Below, one piece after another: positions 54,227 to 63,254 of a DNA stretch of 64,000 bases (positions are counted from its first letter, which is position 1; each line of letters starts with the position of its first letter). A program made the translations under genes and the position numbers. The notes below the pieces were generated by a model. That model was not told the origin of the DNA. It did not search any database and worked only from the letters and a program-made list of their open reading frames with translations. Source of the stretch: an uncultured Armatimonadetes bacterium (GTDB taxonomy: Bacteria; Armatimonadota; Fimbriimonadia; Fimbriimonadales; Fimbriimonadaceae); assembly GCA_903833215.1 (NCBI GenBank), contig CAILEM010000125.1, positions 10,743 to 74,742 of the forward strand. Reading direction: 5' to 3'.

Positions 54227-57145
54227 CTAGTTATGCGGTGCGTTGGCTACGGGGTAGAATTGTACGGTCCCCTGAAGACTGTCGGTGGTCGCGGCACGAA
54301 CGGTGATTGGGTGTGAAGCATCGGCTGTCCTAACAAGGAACGATGCCACACCCATCTCGGTACTCACCAGCTTCTCGCCAGCCGAATTTGCTCCATTGAC
54401 GCTAAAGCGCACGGCTTTGACGACGTCGGGATTGACGATCCCCTTTGCGTCAACAAGCGCCGCCCGGACAAACACGAGATCATTCGTCTGAGGACGAACG
54501 CCGAGGTCGTCAACCCAGACGCGTAGGTGGGTTGGCTTTCCAGCGGTTTTGACGGAGTCCTGACCGACACATCGACCTTGTCGATATCCCAGCACCTTTA
54601 ACTCACCGCCTGAAAACGGGACTGACCGAAAGACGATCGGTGGATGAGGCAGGTTCTCAGTATTTGTTCCATCGAATGGCTTACAGGCATCATAGGTGGT
54701 CGAGCGGGTTCGGGCTGGCTTTTGGGTCGAGACGACCTGCCCGTTGATCGTGAGCCTGGCTTCATCACAATTGGTGAACACCACAATGTCTCGAACCCTT
54801 GGACCAGGCTGCCAAGTCGCCGCAACCTTCACCATGGGGCGGTACGCAGTTTGGCTTTGGAAGAACCAGAAGCTGGGTTTGGGGCGGCGGAAAAGGTCGG
54901 CCAAGCCACAGGCAGACACTCGGAATTCCCATGGAACGTTGGTGTCGAACATCTCCCAGGTGCCGTTGCCCATCGTCCACGGATATTGGGGTCGAAACTT
55001 ATTGTCGGACCAAACGTGGTTCCATGCTTCTTGAAGGAGCTTGGGCATGCCGTCACCGATGCGGACTCGGCTCGAACTGTAGGCACCGCCAAACTCGTAA
55101 TCGCCGTATTCACGAATGTAGCCGGGCTTGCTCGCAGAAGCGTCTTGCGGCCGCGAGAGGTCATCTCTCCATTGGTTGTACGCGACGTCCCATGGGGCGC
55201 CGGTACCGGCATCTCCAGCTGTCAAGATATTCGATTCCTGAGCCTCTGATTTGGCGACTTTATTCCACTCTCGTGCAATCTCAACCGGCGGGTATGTTTC
55301 GTTCAGACTCGTCTCCCAGAACACCGCGCAAGGGTGATTTCGATCACGTCGAATGAGTTCGCGAATGTCTTGATAGACACGTTGAACAAATCTCTGGTCT
55401 TTGTTCATGAACTGCCAGCCAGGAATGCAAGGGATGGTCATCAGCCCAAGTCGGTCGCACGCGTCCAGGAATTCGGGAGACTGTGGGTAGTGGGAAAGGC
55501 GAACGATGTTATGGCCGGCTTGCCGAATGAGGATCGCATCCCGAATGTTTGCCGCGTCGGAAAGCGCTGGCCCGACCCAAGGGTAGTCCTGGTGACGGTT
55601 GGTTCCAATGAGCCGAAGCGGTTTACCGTTGATGACGAAGCCACGACTGAGTGAAACCTCGACCTTGCGAACGCCAATTTGGGTGGTGACCTGATCGACG
55701 AGCTTGCCACCCTGAAGCACCGAAGTCGTGAGGCGGTAGAGGTGGGGGGTGTCGGGAAACCACAGGTTGGGGTGCAGTAGGTTCAGGTCCTGCAAAAACT
55801 GTTTGGCAGATCCTGGTCGAAGCGATGCGTGCTGCGCTCCCGTGGCTACCGTTCGATTCTGCTCGTTCACCAGGGCCTGCCGGATCTCAATCTCACCAGT
55901 CAGGTTTGCGGAGTTGCGGACGTGAGTTCGAATACGAACAGTCGCAGCATCTGGAGTTACGACCGGATAGGTGACATAGATGCCTCCACTGCCCCGAAGA
56001 TTCTCTTGAATTGAGTCGGTGATGCGGACCTTGTTGGTGAGAGTTAGGAACGCATTCCGATAAATTCCGTTGCCGTACATGAAGTCGAGATCTTGCTGCG
56101 GCTTTCCGGGAGGGATGAGCGGATTATCCCGGTTGTCAACGCGCACCACAAGTTCATTGGTGTGATCAAACGACAAGTTGAGGTCCGAAATGAGGGGCAA
56201 ATACCCGCCGCGTCGCGTGGCGATGTGTTTTCCGTTGAGCCATAGGTCCGTGCACTGCAGTGCGCCTTCCAAAGTCAGCTGGGCAATCTTCGATTTCGCA
56301 GTTGCGGGCAGGTCTAGCTTGCGTCGGTAGTAGGCAACTCCTTGCCAAATTTGGGAGGTTCCCAGAGGGCGTACCCACGCCGCGTGCGGAAGGGTCGCTG
56401 ACTGCCAATCTCGTGGTTTGAGAGTTCTTAATTCAGATTGTTTTGTTCTCTCCAAATTTTGGCCGCTTATGTCAAAGCTGTCTCCGCCGACTTGAACGGT
56501 GGCGATGTTGTATTGGCTTGCCCAGTCCTTTTGGTCCTTCAGATTGACATCGCGAATCAGGCCGATCTCGGAGAGAGAAAGAAACGGCTCCGATCGGTGG
56601 CCATCTTTGAATACCAGCCGAAGGAACCTGCCTGTGGTTGGCGCAAACTCGTGCGTAAAGAGAGCTGTCGAATCAGGAATCGCACCCGTAAGTAACGGAT
56701 TGCCCCACGTCGCTCTTTGATCCGAAATGTAGAGCTCAAAGTGATTCGGCTTGCCGTTATTCGGCGACGTCTGACGAGGGAGGATTCGGATTCCAATCGC
56801 CCTTACACGGGTGCCCAGGTCGATGACAAGCTCATGGGGAAAAGGTGCCTCGCGCTTGCTCCACTCCGTGTGCCAAATGGTCTTGGGGTTGCCATCAAAT
56901 GCGTTGATTGCCCGACCATCCTCGCCTTTCGTCTCTTCGCTGGAGACGGATACGACCCGCCATGAGCTCGTCGGGACCGCGTCGATTCCTGACCATATCG
57001 AGGGTGGTGTAGGAACTCGTGCATATTCCCAACCCTCATTCAGGTTGATCACCTGCCGACCCGAGGGAATCGCAAGAACGAAGAGCGCCAGAGGCAGTAA
57101 CACGCTTTCGATTATGCGACGGGAGGCTAAATTGTCACAAAACAA
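54227..57145 (-). CDS. Glycoside hydrolase family 2 with an N-terminal F5/8 type C (discoidin) domain
   Basis: 972 aa. Discoidin block AINAFDGNPKTIWHTEWS..PHELVIDLG. GH2 blocks VRLSHYPQSPEFLDACDRLGLM and the acid/base context VFWETSLNETY. The predicted start is TTG at 57145. Confidence 0.85.
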   Translation of the reverse strand: MFCDNLASRRIIESVLLPLALFVLAIPSGRQVINLNEGWEYARVPTPPSIWSGIDAVPTSSWRVVSVSSEETKGEDGRAINAFDGNPKTIWHTEWSKREAPFPHELVIDLGTRVRAIGIRILPRQTSPNNGKPNHFELYISDQRATWGNPLLTGAIPDSTALFTHEFAPTTGRFLRLVFKDGHRSEPFLSLSEIGLIRDVNLKDQKDWASQYNIATVQVGGDSFDISGQNLERTKQSELRTLKPRDWQSATLPHAAWVRPLGTSQIWQGVAYYRRKLDLPATAKSKIAQLTLEGALQCTDLWLNGKHIATRRGGYLPLISDLNLSFDHTNELVVRVDNRDNPLIPPGKPQQDLDFMYGNGIYRNAFLTLTNKVRITDSIQENLRGSGGIYVTYPVVTPDAATVRIRTHVRNSANLTGEIEIRQALVNEQNRTVATGAQHASLRPGSAKQFLQDLNLLHPNLWFPDTPHLYRLTTSVLQGGKLVDQVTTQIGVRKVEVSLSRGFVINGKPLRLIGTNRHQDYPWVGPALSDAANIRDAILIRQAGHNIVRLSHYPQSPEFLDACDRLGLMTIPCIPGWQFMNKDQRFVQRVYQDIRELIRRDRNHPCAVFWETSLNETYPPVEIAREWNKVAKSEAQESNILTAGDAGTGAPWDVAYNQWRDDLSRPQDASASKPGYIREYGDYEFGGAYSSSRVRIGDGMPKLLQEAWNHVWSDNKFRPQYPWTMGNGTWEMFDTNVPWEFRVSACGLADLFRRPKPSFWFFQSQTAYRPMVKVAATWQPGPRVRDIVVFTNCDEARLTINGQVVSTQKPARTRSTTYDACKPFDGTNTENLPHPPIVFRSVPFSGGELKVLGYRQGRCVGQDSVKTAGKPTHLRVWVDDLGVRPQTNDLVFVRAALVDAKGIVNPDVVKAVRFSVNGANSAGEKLVSTEMGVASFLVRTADASHPITVRAATTDSLQGTVQFYPVANAPHN

Positions 57146-57148
57146 AGT

Positions 57149-57182
57149 CGTTCCGCTTGCGGACGTTGAAGCAAGCGGAACG
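57149..57182 (-). terminator. Strong hairpin followed by a U-tract (intrinsic terminator or attenuator) between the SGNH and GH2 genes
   Basis: Perfect 12-bp stem cgttccgcttgc / gcaagcggaacg with a 10-nt loop. On the minus-strand transcript it is followed by actttgttttgtg. Confidence 0.7.
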
Positions 57183-57198
57183 GTGAGTACGAGCAGGT

Positions 57199-58002
57199 CT
57201 ATCGACGTGCGTTCTGCTGTTTGGCGACTTCGGTTTGAACCGACTCTTGAGCCTTGGCTGAGATCCCCAATCCGGTGAGAATGGTGTGAGCCATGACCTT
57301 GTTGCCTTCGGCATTCATGTGGACTCCATCTCCAGTCAGGAAGTTATCGTGGCCTCCCGTGACATTTCGGTAGGTGTTGATGAGGCTTCGGAACGGGCGT
57401 TGGAAATCGACGAATTCGCACCGGTGGTTTCTCGCGATTTCCCGTAGGGCTTCGTTGTACTTCTCAGCCTTTCTGTTTTCTGGGCTGTTCAGATTCTCAT
57501 AAATGACGGTGGTGGAGAGAATTACGACCTTGGCACCCGCCTCTTGGGCTTGGCTGACCATCGTGTCGACATTCTTGGTGTAGTCCTCAACCGAGATCCC
57601 TCGAGGTCCATCACCCTTTGGGTGACCATCATAGAACCCGTGCCAGACGTCGTTTACGCCAACGCTGATCGTTACCAAGTCGGGCTTCTTGTCGAGAACA
57701 TCTCGCTTGTACCGGGCGAGCATGTCGTTCGACTTATGGCCGGAGATTCCGGCATTGATCGTCTCGATGTTCTGCTCGGGATACAGGGCCTTTAGGTAAT
57801 GGCGCACAAGCCAAACATAGCCGCCGGGGCCCTCGCCACCTTGGGTAATGCTGTCCCCGAGACATACGACTCGGTGGACGCCTTCGAGGAGCCTCGGAGT
57901 TTTGAAAGGCGCCTGCTTTTGAGAAGCTGGCGCCGTTGAGAGCAGCATCATCGCTGCGATTGCGGTCAGTCCTATTCGACTGAAGAAAATGAGTTTCACC
58001 AC
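57199..58002 (-). CDS. SGNH/GDSL family hydrolase
   Basis: 267 aa with a signal peptide. Block I VVCLGDSITQG, then GVND, and a C-terminal DGVHMN (catalytic D..H). Confidence 0.85.
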   Translation of the reverse strand: MVKLIFFSRIGLTAIAAMMLLSTAPASQKQAPFKTPRLLEGVHRVVCLGDSITQGGEGPGGYVWLVRHYLKALYPEQNIETINAGISGHKSNDMLARYKRDVLDKKPDLVTISVGVNDVWHGFYDGHPKGDGPRGISVEDYTKNVDTMVSQAQEAGAKVVILSTTVIYENLNSPENRKAEKYNEALREIARNHRCEFVDFQRPFRSLINTYRNVTGGHDNFLTGDGVHMNAEGNKVMAHTILTGLGISAKAQESVQTEVAKQQNARR

Positions 58003-58012
58003 GATGGTGCTA

Positions 58013-58282
58013 TTACACCACGGGAGGGGGCTCTACGCGTGTGACAACGACTGTGAAATCGGCGGCATACGTCGCAATTGCAGCTACCGCTGCCAATATC
58101 GGAACGAGCACAAGCCCGATGACGCCGATCGTGATCGGAAATTCCACGAGCGTATGTCCTTCCGGATTTTTGACGACGATGTGATTAACGTTTCCTTCGT
58201 GAAGGAGTTTCTCGATCTCAGCGATCAAGTTCTCGCCCGAGATCTTCACTTCTTCCGTCCAAGATTTGTTTGTTTTTGACAT
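58013..58282 (-). CDS. DUF4342 domain protein
   Basis: 89 aa. Sequence EEVKISGENLIAEIEKLLHEGNVNHIVVKNPEGHTLVEFPITIGVIGLVLVPILAAVAAIA, which matches my recollection of DUF4342. Confidence 0.6.
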   Translation of the reverse strand: MSKTNKSWTEEVKISGENLIAEIEKLLHEGNVNHIVVKNPEGHTLVEFPITIGVIGLVLVPILAAVAAIATYAADFTVVVTRVEPPPVV

Positions 58283-58557
58283 TGATTATTTCCAGCGGTT
58301 ATCCCGCCCATTTCAGACACCGACTTCGGCGATCTTGTTTCTATATTCTCGATTTCCCTTCCTAATATGAAGCCCCAAAAGCTTGAAAAACTCATGTTTT
58401 TTCCGGCACCTGCCTTGACCGTTCTCGAATCGGTTCCCACGGTCTGGATGTCGATCTGTCTGACGGTAACTGGACGGAATCCAGCAGATGTGAGTTGCAT
58501 TTACCCAAGAGGAGGATCAATCTTCACACAGTCCAGGCGAATAGTTCTGCCTCTGCC

Positions 58558-58842
58558 TCAGATATTGAGGGGCTTCTGGGCAGGTTTACGTCGCCATTCG
58601 GTTGGGCTCATTCCCATGAGGTGGCGGATCCGGTTTGAGAAATGGAACTCGCTTTCGAAGCCGACTTCGATGGCTATTTGCTTGACAGTCCTGCCGGTGT
58701 GCTCCAAGAGTTGCAGTGCCCTTTACATGCGATGTCGTTTCCGAAATGCACGGGGACTTGTGCCGGTTTGGCTTTGAAAGAGGTGGGAGAAGCGAGAGAT
58801 TGACAACCAGACGTGATCGACCAACTCCGAGATGGCAGAATA
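58558..58842 (-). pseudogene. AraC-family HTH remnant: N-terminally truncated and interrupted by an in-frame TAA
   Basis: Hand translation of the minus strand: YSAISELVDHVWLSISRFSHLFQSQTGTSPRAFRKRHRM*RALQLLEHTGRTVKQIAIEVGFESEFHFSNRIRHLMGMSPTEWRRKPAQKPLNI*. Internal TAA at 58723..58725, upstream in-frame TAA at 58843..58845, terminal TGA at 58558..58560. No ligand-binding domain. Confidence 0.65.
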
Positions 58843-58903
58843 TTATAGGTTCTTCGTGGTTTTGTGTATTGGAACCTGGATCAAAGCAGTGGATACTTCT
58901 CGC

Positions 58904-59743
58904 ATGTTTTCTGAAGAGGCAAGGCAACAATTCGAGGAGCGTGGTTACGTCGTGGCTCGCGGATTGTTCTCCAGCGATGAGACAAAGGCGTTCATCGATC
59001 ATTACATGGCGATGCGCGACCGGGGTGGAGATGGTTGGGCCGAAGGTGGGGTCGACCCGAGCAGTGAAGAGCCCCTTAAGCGGTATCCCCGCCTGATGCA
59101 ACCCCACCGTGGCGATGCCATCAGCCTTCGGTACATGATCGACCCCCGAATCAACGAGTGGCTGACCGGACTCTTGGGGTTGGAGCCCTATGCGGTCCAG
59201 ACGATGGTCTACTACAAGCCGGCTGGGGCACGAGGTCAAGCCCTTCATCAGGACCAGCGGTATCTCAACGTGAATCCTGGCACATGCATTGCTGCCTGGC
59301 TGGCGCTTGACGATTGTGATGTGGAAAATGGGTGCCTGGACGTCGTTCCTGGGTCTCAGTGGCTACCAATGTTGTGTCCAATCAAGGCAAACACGGCAGA
59401 TAGCTTTACGGGAGAAACGGTGCCGATTCCGCCCGGAATGACTCCTGAATCGGTGCCGATGAAGGCAGGCGATGTGGTGTTCTTCAACGGATCGTTGATC
59501 CATGGCTCTCCTCCCAACCGCAGCTCGGATCGTTTCCGACGAATCCTTGTCGGGCACTACATCGTGGGTGAAGCCAAGGAAGTCTCCCGACACTATTTCC
59601 CGGTCTATGGCATGGACGGGACCATCGTCGAGTGCATCCAGCCAACGCAAGGGGGTGGATCGTGTGGAACTTACGTCACTCAAGACGGCGAAACCGTTCT
59701 TGCGATGAACAGTACGATTGAGGAAGCCCTTGCCGCGCACTGA
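58904..59743 (+). CDS. Phytanoyl-CoA dioxygenase (PhyH) family Fe(II)/2-oxoglutarate oxygenase
   Basis: Track ORF starts at 58832. The Met at 58904 gives the typical PhyH start MFSEEARQQFEERGYVVARGLFS. Facial triad context: LHQDQ.. (HxD) and ..GSLIHGSPPN (distal His). Confidence 0.8.
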   Translation: MFSEEARQQFEERGYVVARGLFSSDETKAFIDHYMAMRDRGGDGWAEGGVDPSSEEPLKRYPRLMQPHRGDAISLRYMIDPRINEWLTGLLGLEPYAVQTMVYYKPAGARGQALHQDQRYLNVNPGTCIAAWLALDDCDVENGCLDVVPGSQWLPMLCPIKANTADSFTGETVPIPPGMTPESVPMKAGDVVFFNGSLIHGSPPNRSSDRFRRILVGHYIVGEAKEVSRHYFPVYGMDGTIVECIQPTQGGGSCGTYVTQDGETVLAMNSTIEEALAAH

Positions 59744-59746
59744 GGC

Positions 59747-60442
59747 CTAATCGACCAAAAGGCGATATCCGACGCCAGGCTCGGTTGTGATGTGCTTCGG
59801 GCGAGCCGCATCGACCTCTAACTTGTGCCGGAGTTGCCCCATGTAGACCCGCAGATAGTGGGTCTCGTCGGTGTATGCCGGGCCCCAAACTTCAGTGAGT
59901 AACTGCTTGTGCGTCAGAACCATTCCGGCATGCCGGATCAGTTGTGACAGAAGTTTGAACTCGATCGGAGTGAGGTGGACCTCATTGCCAGCCACGAACA
60001 CCCGTCGTTTGGGCAGGTCGACTCGAAGATCGCCAGATTCAAAGACTGGATCTGGGTTCGGCCCCTTCGAGCGAGCCACGTGGCGCAAGGTCACGCGGAT
60101 TCTTGCCTGCAGTTCCCCGACGCCGAACGGCTTTGTCAGATAATCATCAGCACCGGCATCCAGGGCTTCAATTTTGTCCTTCTCCCGTCCGCGAGCCGAC
60201 AGCACGATGATGGGCACTTGAGTCCATTCTCGCAGTTGGCGTGCCACTTCGATGCCGTCCATATCCGGCAATCCCAAATCAAGCAGCACAACATCTGGAT
60301 TGGAGTGAGCGACCAAACGCATGCCTTCCGAACCGTTTTCGGCCTCAAGTAATTCTGCTTCAGTGGGATCGAAACATGCTTTCAGAAATCGACGCATCTG
60401 TTGTTCGTCGTCGATCACGACGATGACGGGACGTTCAGCCAT
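59747..60442 (-). CDS. kdpE: Two-component response regulator KdpE (OmpR family)
   Basis: Track ORF extends to 60532. The Met at 60442 gives MAERPVIVVIDDEQQMRRFL. Receiver domain (VLLDLGLPDMDG) plus a winged-helix domain (LTPIEFKLLSQL..GYRL). Its start overlaps the kdpD stop by 8 nt (ATGGCTGA). Confidence 0.85.
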   Translation of the reverse strand: MAERPVIVVIDDEQQMRRFLKACFDPTEAELLEAENGSEGMRLVAHSNPDVVLLDLGLPDMDGIEVARQLREWTQVPIIVLSARGREKDKIEALDAGADDYLTKPFGVGELQARIRVTLRHVARSKGPNPDPVFESGDLRVDLPKRRVFVAGNEVHLTPIEFKLLSQLIRHAGMVLTHKQLLTEVWGPAYTDETHYLRVYMGQLRHKLEVDAARPKHITTEPGVGYRLLVD

Positions 60443-63122
60443 TCGGTACCTCTGGTGGGTTGTCTGCTTTGGGCAGCATGATGATAAACGAAACACCGGC
60501 TGGAGCGAGATTACTCGCCTTAATCGATCCATCGTGGGCCTCGATAATTGCCTTACAGATCGTTAGCCCAAGTCCGAATCCCTGCGGCGCATTGGGTGCT
60601 GGGCGATAGAATTTCTCAAAGATCTTGTCTTCATCGCCGGGATTAAGGCCAGGGCCGTTATTTGAGAATTCAATCGCCACTGAACTTGGGAGTGACCTGG
60701 CCGAGATCGTCACTTGAGTGTCGGGTGGTGTGTGCCGCGAAGCATTCTCCAATAGATTCACGAACACCTGTTCGATGAGCACTCCATCCAGCAAGATCAG
60801 GGGTAAATCCTCCGGAATCGCGATCGTGACATTATGGTCGCAGAGGAGTTTTTCGGTTCGGCGCACGGCAGACCCAACGAGTTCTTCAATGCTTTGCCAC
60901 TCTCGGTTGAGTTCGACAGAGCCTGCGTCAAGTCTTGTCATATCCAGGAGGTTTCTGACCTGACGATTCAGACGCTCGGACTCGATGGCGATCGCTTTGG
61001 CCAACTCTCGGTCTCGTGGATCGGTAATCGATTGACTCGTGCTCAGCTGATCAGCTGAACCGGAGATGACGGCTAGCGGCGTGCGGAGGTCGTGGGATAC
61101 CGAACTCAGAAGGCTGTTCCTAAGCCGCTCCTTTTCCACCTGGATCATGGCCTCGTGCGAATCCTTGGCAAGATTGGTCCTTTGGATGGCCACCGCCAAC
61201 TGGTTCGCAAAGGTATCGAGGAAATTCAGTTGGGCAGGGTCTCGCACCGCGTTCCCCTCCCAGCGGACGGCCAACACACCGACACTTTCATTCTCAGCAT
61301 TGAGCGGTAGGTAGGTCCCTTCCGCCCCAGGCAGTGTGTCGGTTCCATTACCGGCCATTTTTCCGTGGTCCAAAACCCATATGGCCACGGCGTTTTCGTT
61401 CGGTTTGAGTTCGAATTTGCTTTCGGATTCTGGCCCCGAGAAAAGCTTGCCAGTTGCGCGGCTCTTGATCAAGACGCCAACGTCACAGCCGAATACTTCT
61501 TTGACTTTCGCAGCGGTAAACGTCCCGATCTCGATGCGACTGCGCGTTGCCGAGAGTTTCTTGCTGAGATTGTAGAGGGCAGCGGTACGGCGTTCCCGAT
61601 GGGAAGCGGAAAGGGTCTGCTCTCGAAGTCTTGCTGTAAGGGTGCTCGTCAGCAGTCCGACAAGGAGCATCACGCCAAATGTAAAGAAGTACTGGACGTC
61701 GGATACAGCAAAGCTGTGCTTCGGGTCGACGAAGAAGAAATCAAAGGCGAGGACCCCAACGATTGCCGCCAATGCGGCCGAATTGCGGCTCTTTTGGCTC
61801 GCAACATAGGTGACGCCGAGCAGGTACACCATGACCAGATTGATCCGTTCGATGTGGCCAATCGCGGCATCCATACCGAAGCAGATGATCGTGGCCACGA
61901 CTGAAACACCCAGTGCCATCGCATAGCCTTTTAGGTCATGGGGCTGTGACCGGCTCAATGCTAACTTCTGAGGAGTGCCGACATCGTCTTGGCCAGTAAT
62001 AACGTGAACGTCGATGTCACCACTTGCGCGAACGAGCGTATCGACAACGGAGCCGAACACGATCTCACGCCACCGGGGCCGGATGGGCTTCCCTACAACA
62101 ATTGTCGTAACGTTTCGGGCTTGGGCGAACCGCATGACCTCGGCGACGATATCCGGGCCACTCAACGTGACCGTCTCCGCCCCAAGGTGTTCGGCAAGGA
62201 TGAGTCCTTCGATAGAGCGCATCCTGTCCGCCTCAGATAACCCGGCCTGACGCACCGATTCGACGCTTACTGCAATCAGTTCGGCATGGAGAGCTCCTGC
62301 CATCCTTGCTGCAGATCGAACGACGCGTGGTGCCAGCTTGTTTGGGGCAACACAGACCAAGATCCGGTCCTTGGTGTGCCATGGCTCGCAGGATCCTTCT
62401 GCCGCACGGTAAGTGCGAACCTGCTGGTCAACGCGTTCGGCTGTGTGCCGCAAAGCAAGCTCTCGAAGGGCTGACAGGTTGCTCTTCTTGAAGAAGCTCG
62501 TGAGGGCTTGCCCGACTTTGTCGGGAATGTAAACCTTGCCTTCGTGTAGCCGCTGAATGAGCTCTTGAGGCGGAATGTCGACTAACTCGACTTCGTCAGC
62601 CTCGCTGAACATTGAATCCGGCACGGTCTCGGTGACGACGACGCCAGTGATTTGGGCAACGACGTCGTTCAGGCTTTCGACATGCTGAATGTTGACCGTA
62701 GTGAAAACGTCGATGCCCGCTTGGAGGAGTTCTTCGACAGCTTGCCACCGCTTTTTGTGGCGAGAACCAGGAACGTTGGTATGGGCAAGCTCATCGACAA
62801 GAATGAGAGCGGGTTTTCGCTCCAACGCCGCGTCGAGGTCGAATTCACTCAGCGTGACCGTTTTGTATTGGATTGATTTGAGAGGCAGTCGCTCCAGCCC
62901 TTCGGCCATGGCCTCGGTTTCAACGCGACCATGTGCTTCCAAGTAGCCGATAAGGACGTCCTCGCCGCGCCGCTTGGCCTCTTGGCCGTCGTTGAGCATC
63001 GAGTACGTCTTGCCAACGCCAGCCGCCATTCCCAGATAGATTTTTAGTCGACCACGCCCGCCGATGTGCTCGTCCTCTTTCATCTGCGCAAGCAGCGCAT
63101 CGGGATCGGGTCTTTCCAGCAT
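60435..63122 (-). CDS. kdpD: Sensor histidine kinase KdpD
   Basis: 895 aa. KdpD N-terminal P-loop domain (GRLKIYLGMAAGVGKTYSML), a Usp-like domain, four TM helices (DUF4118 region), HisKA (SSVSHDLRTPL) and HATPase_c (GFGLGLTICKAI). Confidence 0.9.
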   Translation of the reverse strand: MLERPDPDALLAQMKEDEHIGGRGRLKIYLGMAAGVGKTYSMLNDGQEAKRRGEDVLIGYLEAHGRVETEAMAEGLERLPLKSIQYKTVTLSEFDLDAALERKPALILVDELAHTNVPGSRHKKRWQAVEELLQAGIDVFTTVNIQHVESLNDVVAQITGVVVTETVPDSMFSEADEVELVDIPPQELIQRLHEGKVYIPDKVGQALTSFFKKSNLSALRELALRHTAERVDQQVRTYRAAEGSCEPWHTKDRILVCVAPNKLAPRVVRSAARMAGALHAELIAVSVESVRQAGLSEADRMRSIEGLILAEHLGAETVTLSGPDIVAEVMRFAQARNVTTIVVGKPIRPRWREIVFGSVVDTLVRASGDIDVHVITGQDDVGTPQKLALSRSQPHDLKGYAMALGVSVVATIICFGMDAAIGHIERINLVMVYLLGVTYVASQKSRNSAALAAIVGVLAFDFFFVDPKHSFAVSDVQYFFTFGVMLLVGLLTSTLTARLREQTLSASHRERRTAALYNLSKKLSATRSRIEIGTFTAAKVKEVFGCDVGVLIKSRATGKLFSGPESESKFELKPNENAVAIWVLDHGKMAGNGTDTLPGAEGTYLPLNAENESVGVLAVRWEGNAVRDPAQLNFLDTFANQLAVAIQRTNLAKDSHEAMIQVEKERLRNSLLSSVSHDLRTPLAVISGSADQLSTSQSITDPRDRELAKAIAIESERLNRQVRNLLDMTRLDAGSVELNREWQSIEELVGSAVRRTEKLLCDHNVTIAIPEDLPLILLDGVLIEQVFVNLLENASRHTPPDTQVTISARSLPSSVAIEFSNNGPGLNPGDEDKIFEKFYRPAPNAPQGFGLGLTICKAIIEAHDGSIKASNLAPAGVSFIIMLPKADNPPEVPNG

Positions 63123-63254
63123 GATTTCGGTCCACGACTAGTTTGACTGGAACCTTAACAGGGCATCGTCAAAGAGGGTGTCAAAATTGTGTCAAGAATT
63201 CATGGGCTGGGGATCAGAACCATAGAGCAAACTTACTCCTAAGGAACACTTTCA

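Noticed and set aside
54644-55356. Two overlapping plus-strand ORFs of 201 and 185 aa
   Set aside because: Both are antisense to the GH2 gene. They are Arg/Gly/Pro-rich and have no motifs.
58586-59248. 220-aa minus-strand ORF
   Set aside because: It is antisense to the well-supported PhyH gene and out of frame with the AraC HTH remnant. It has no motifs, so I take it as a shadow ORF.
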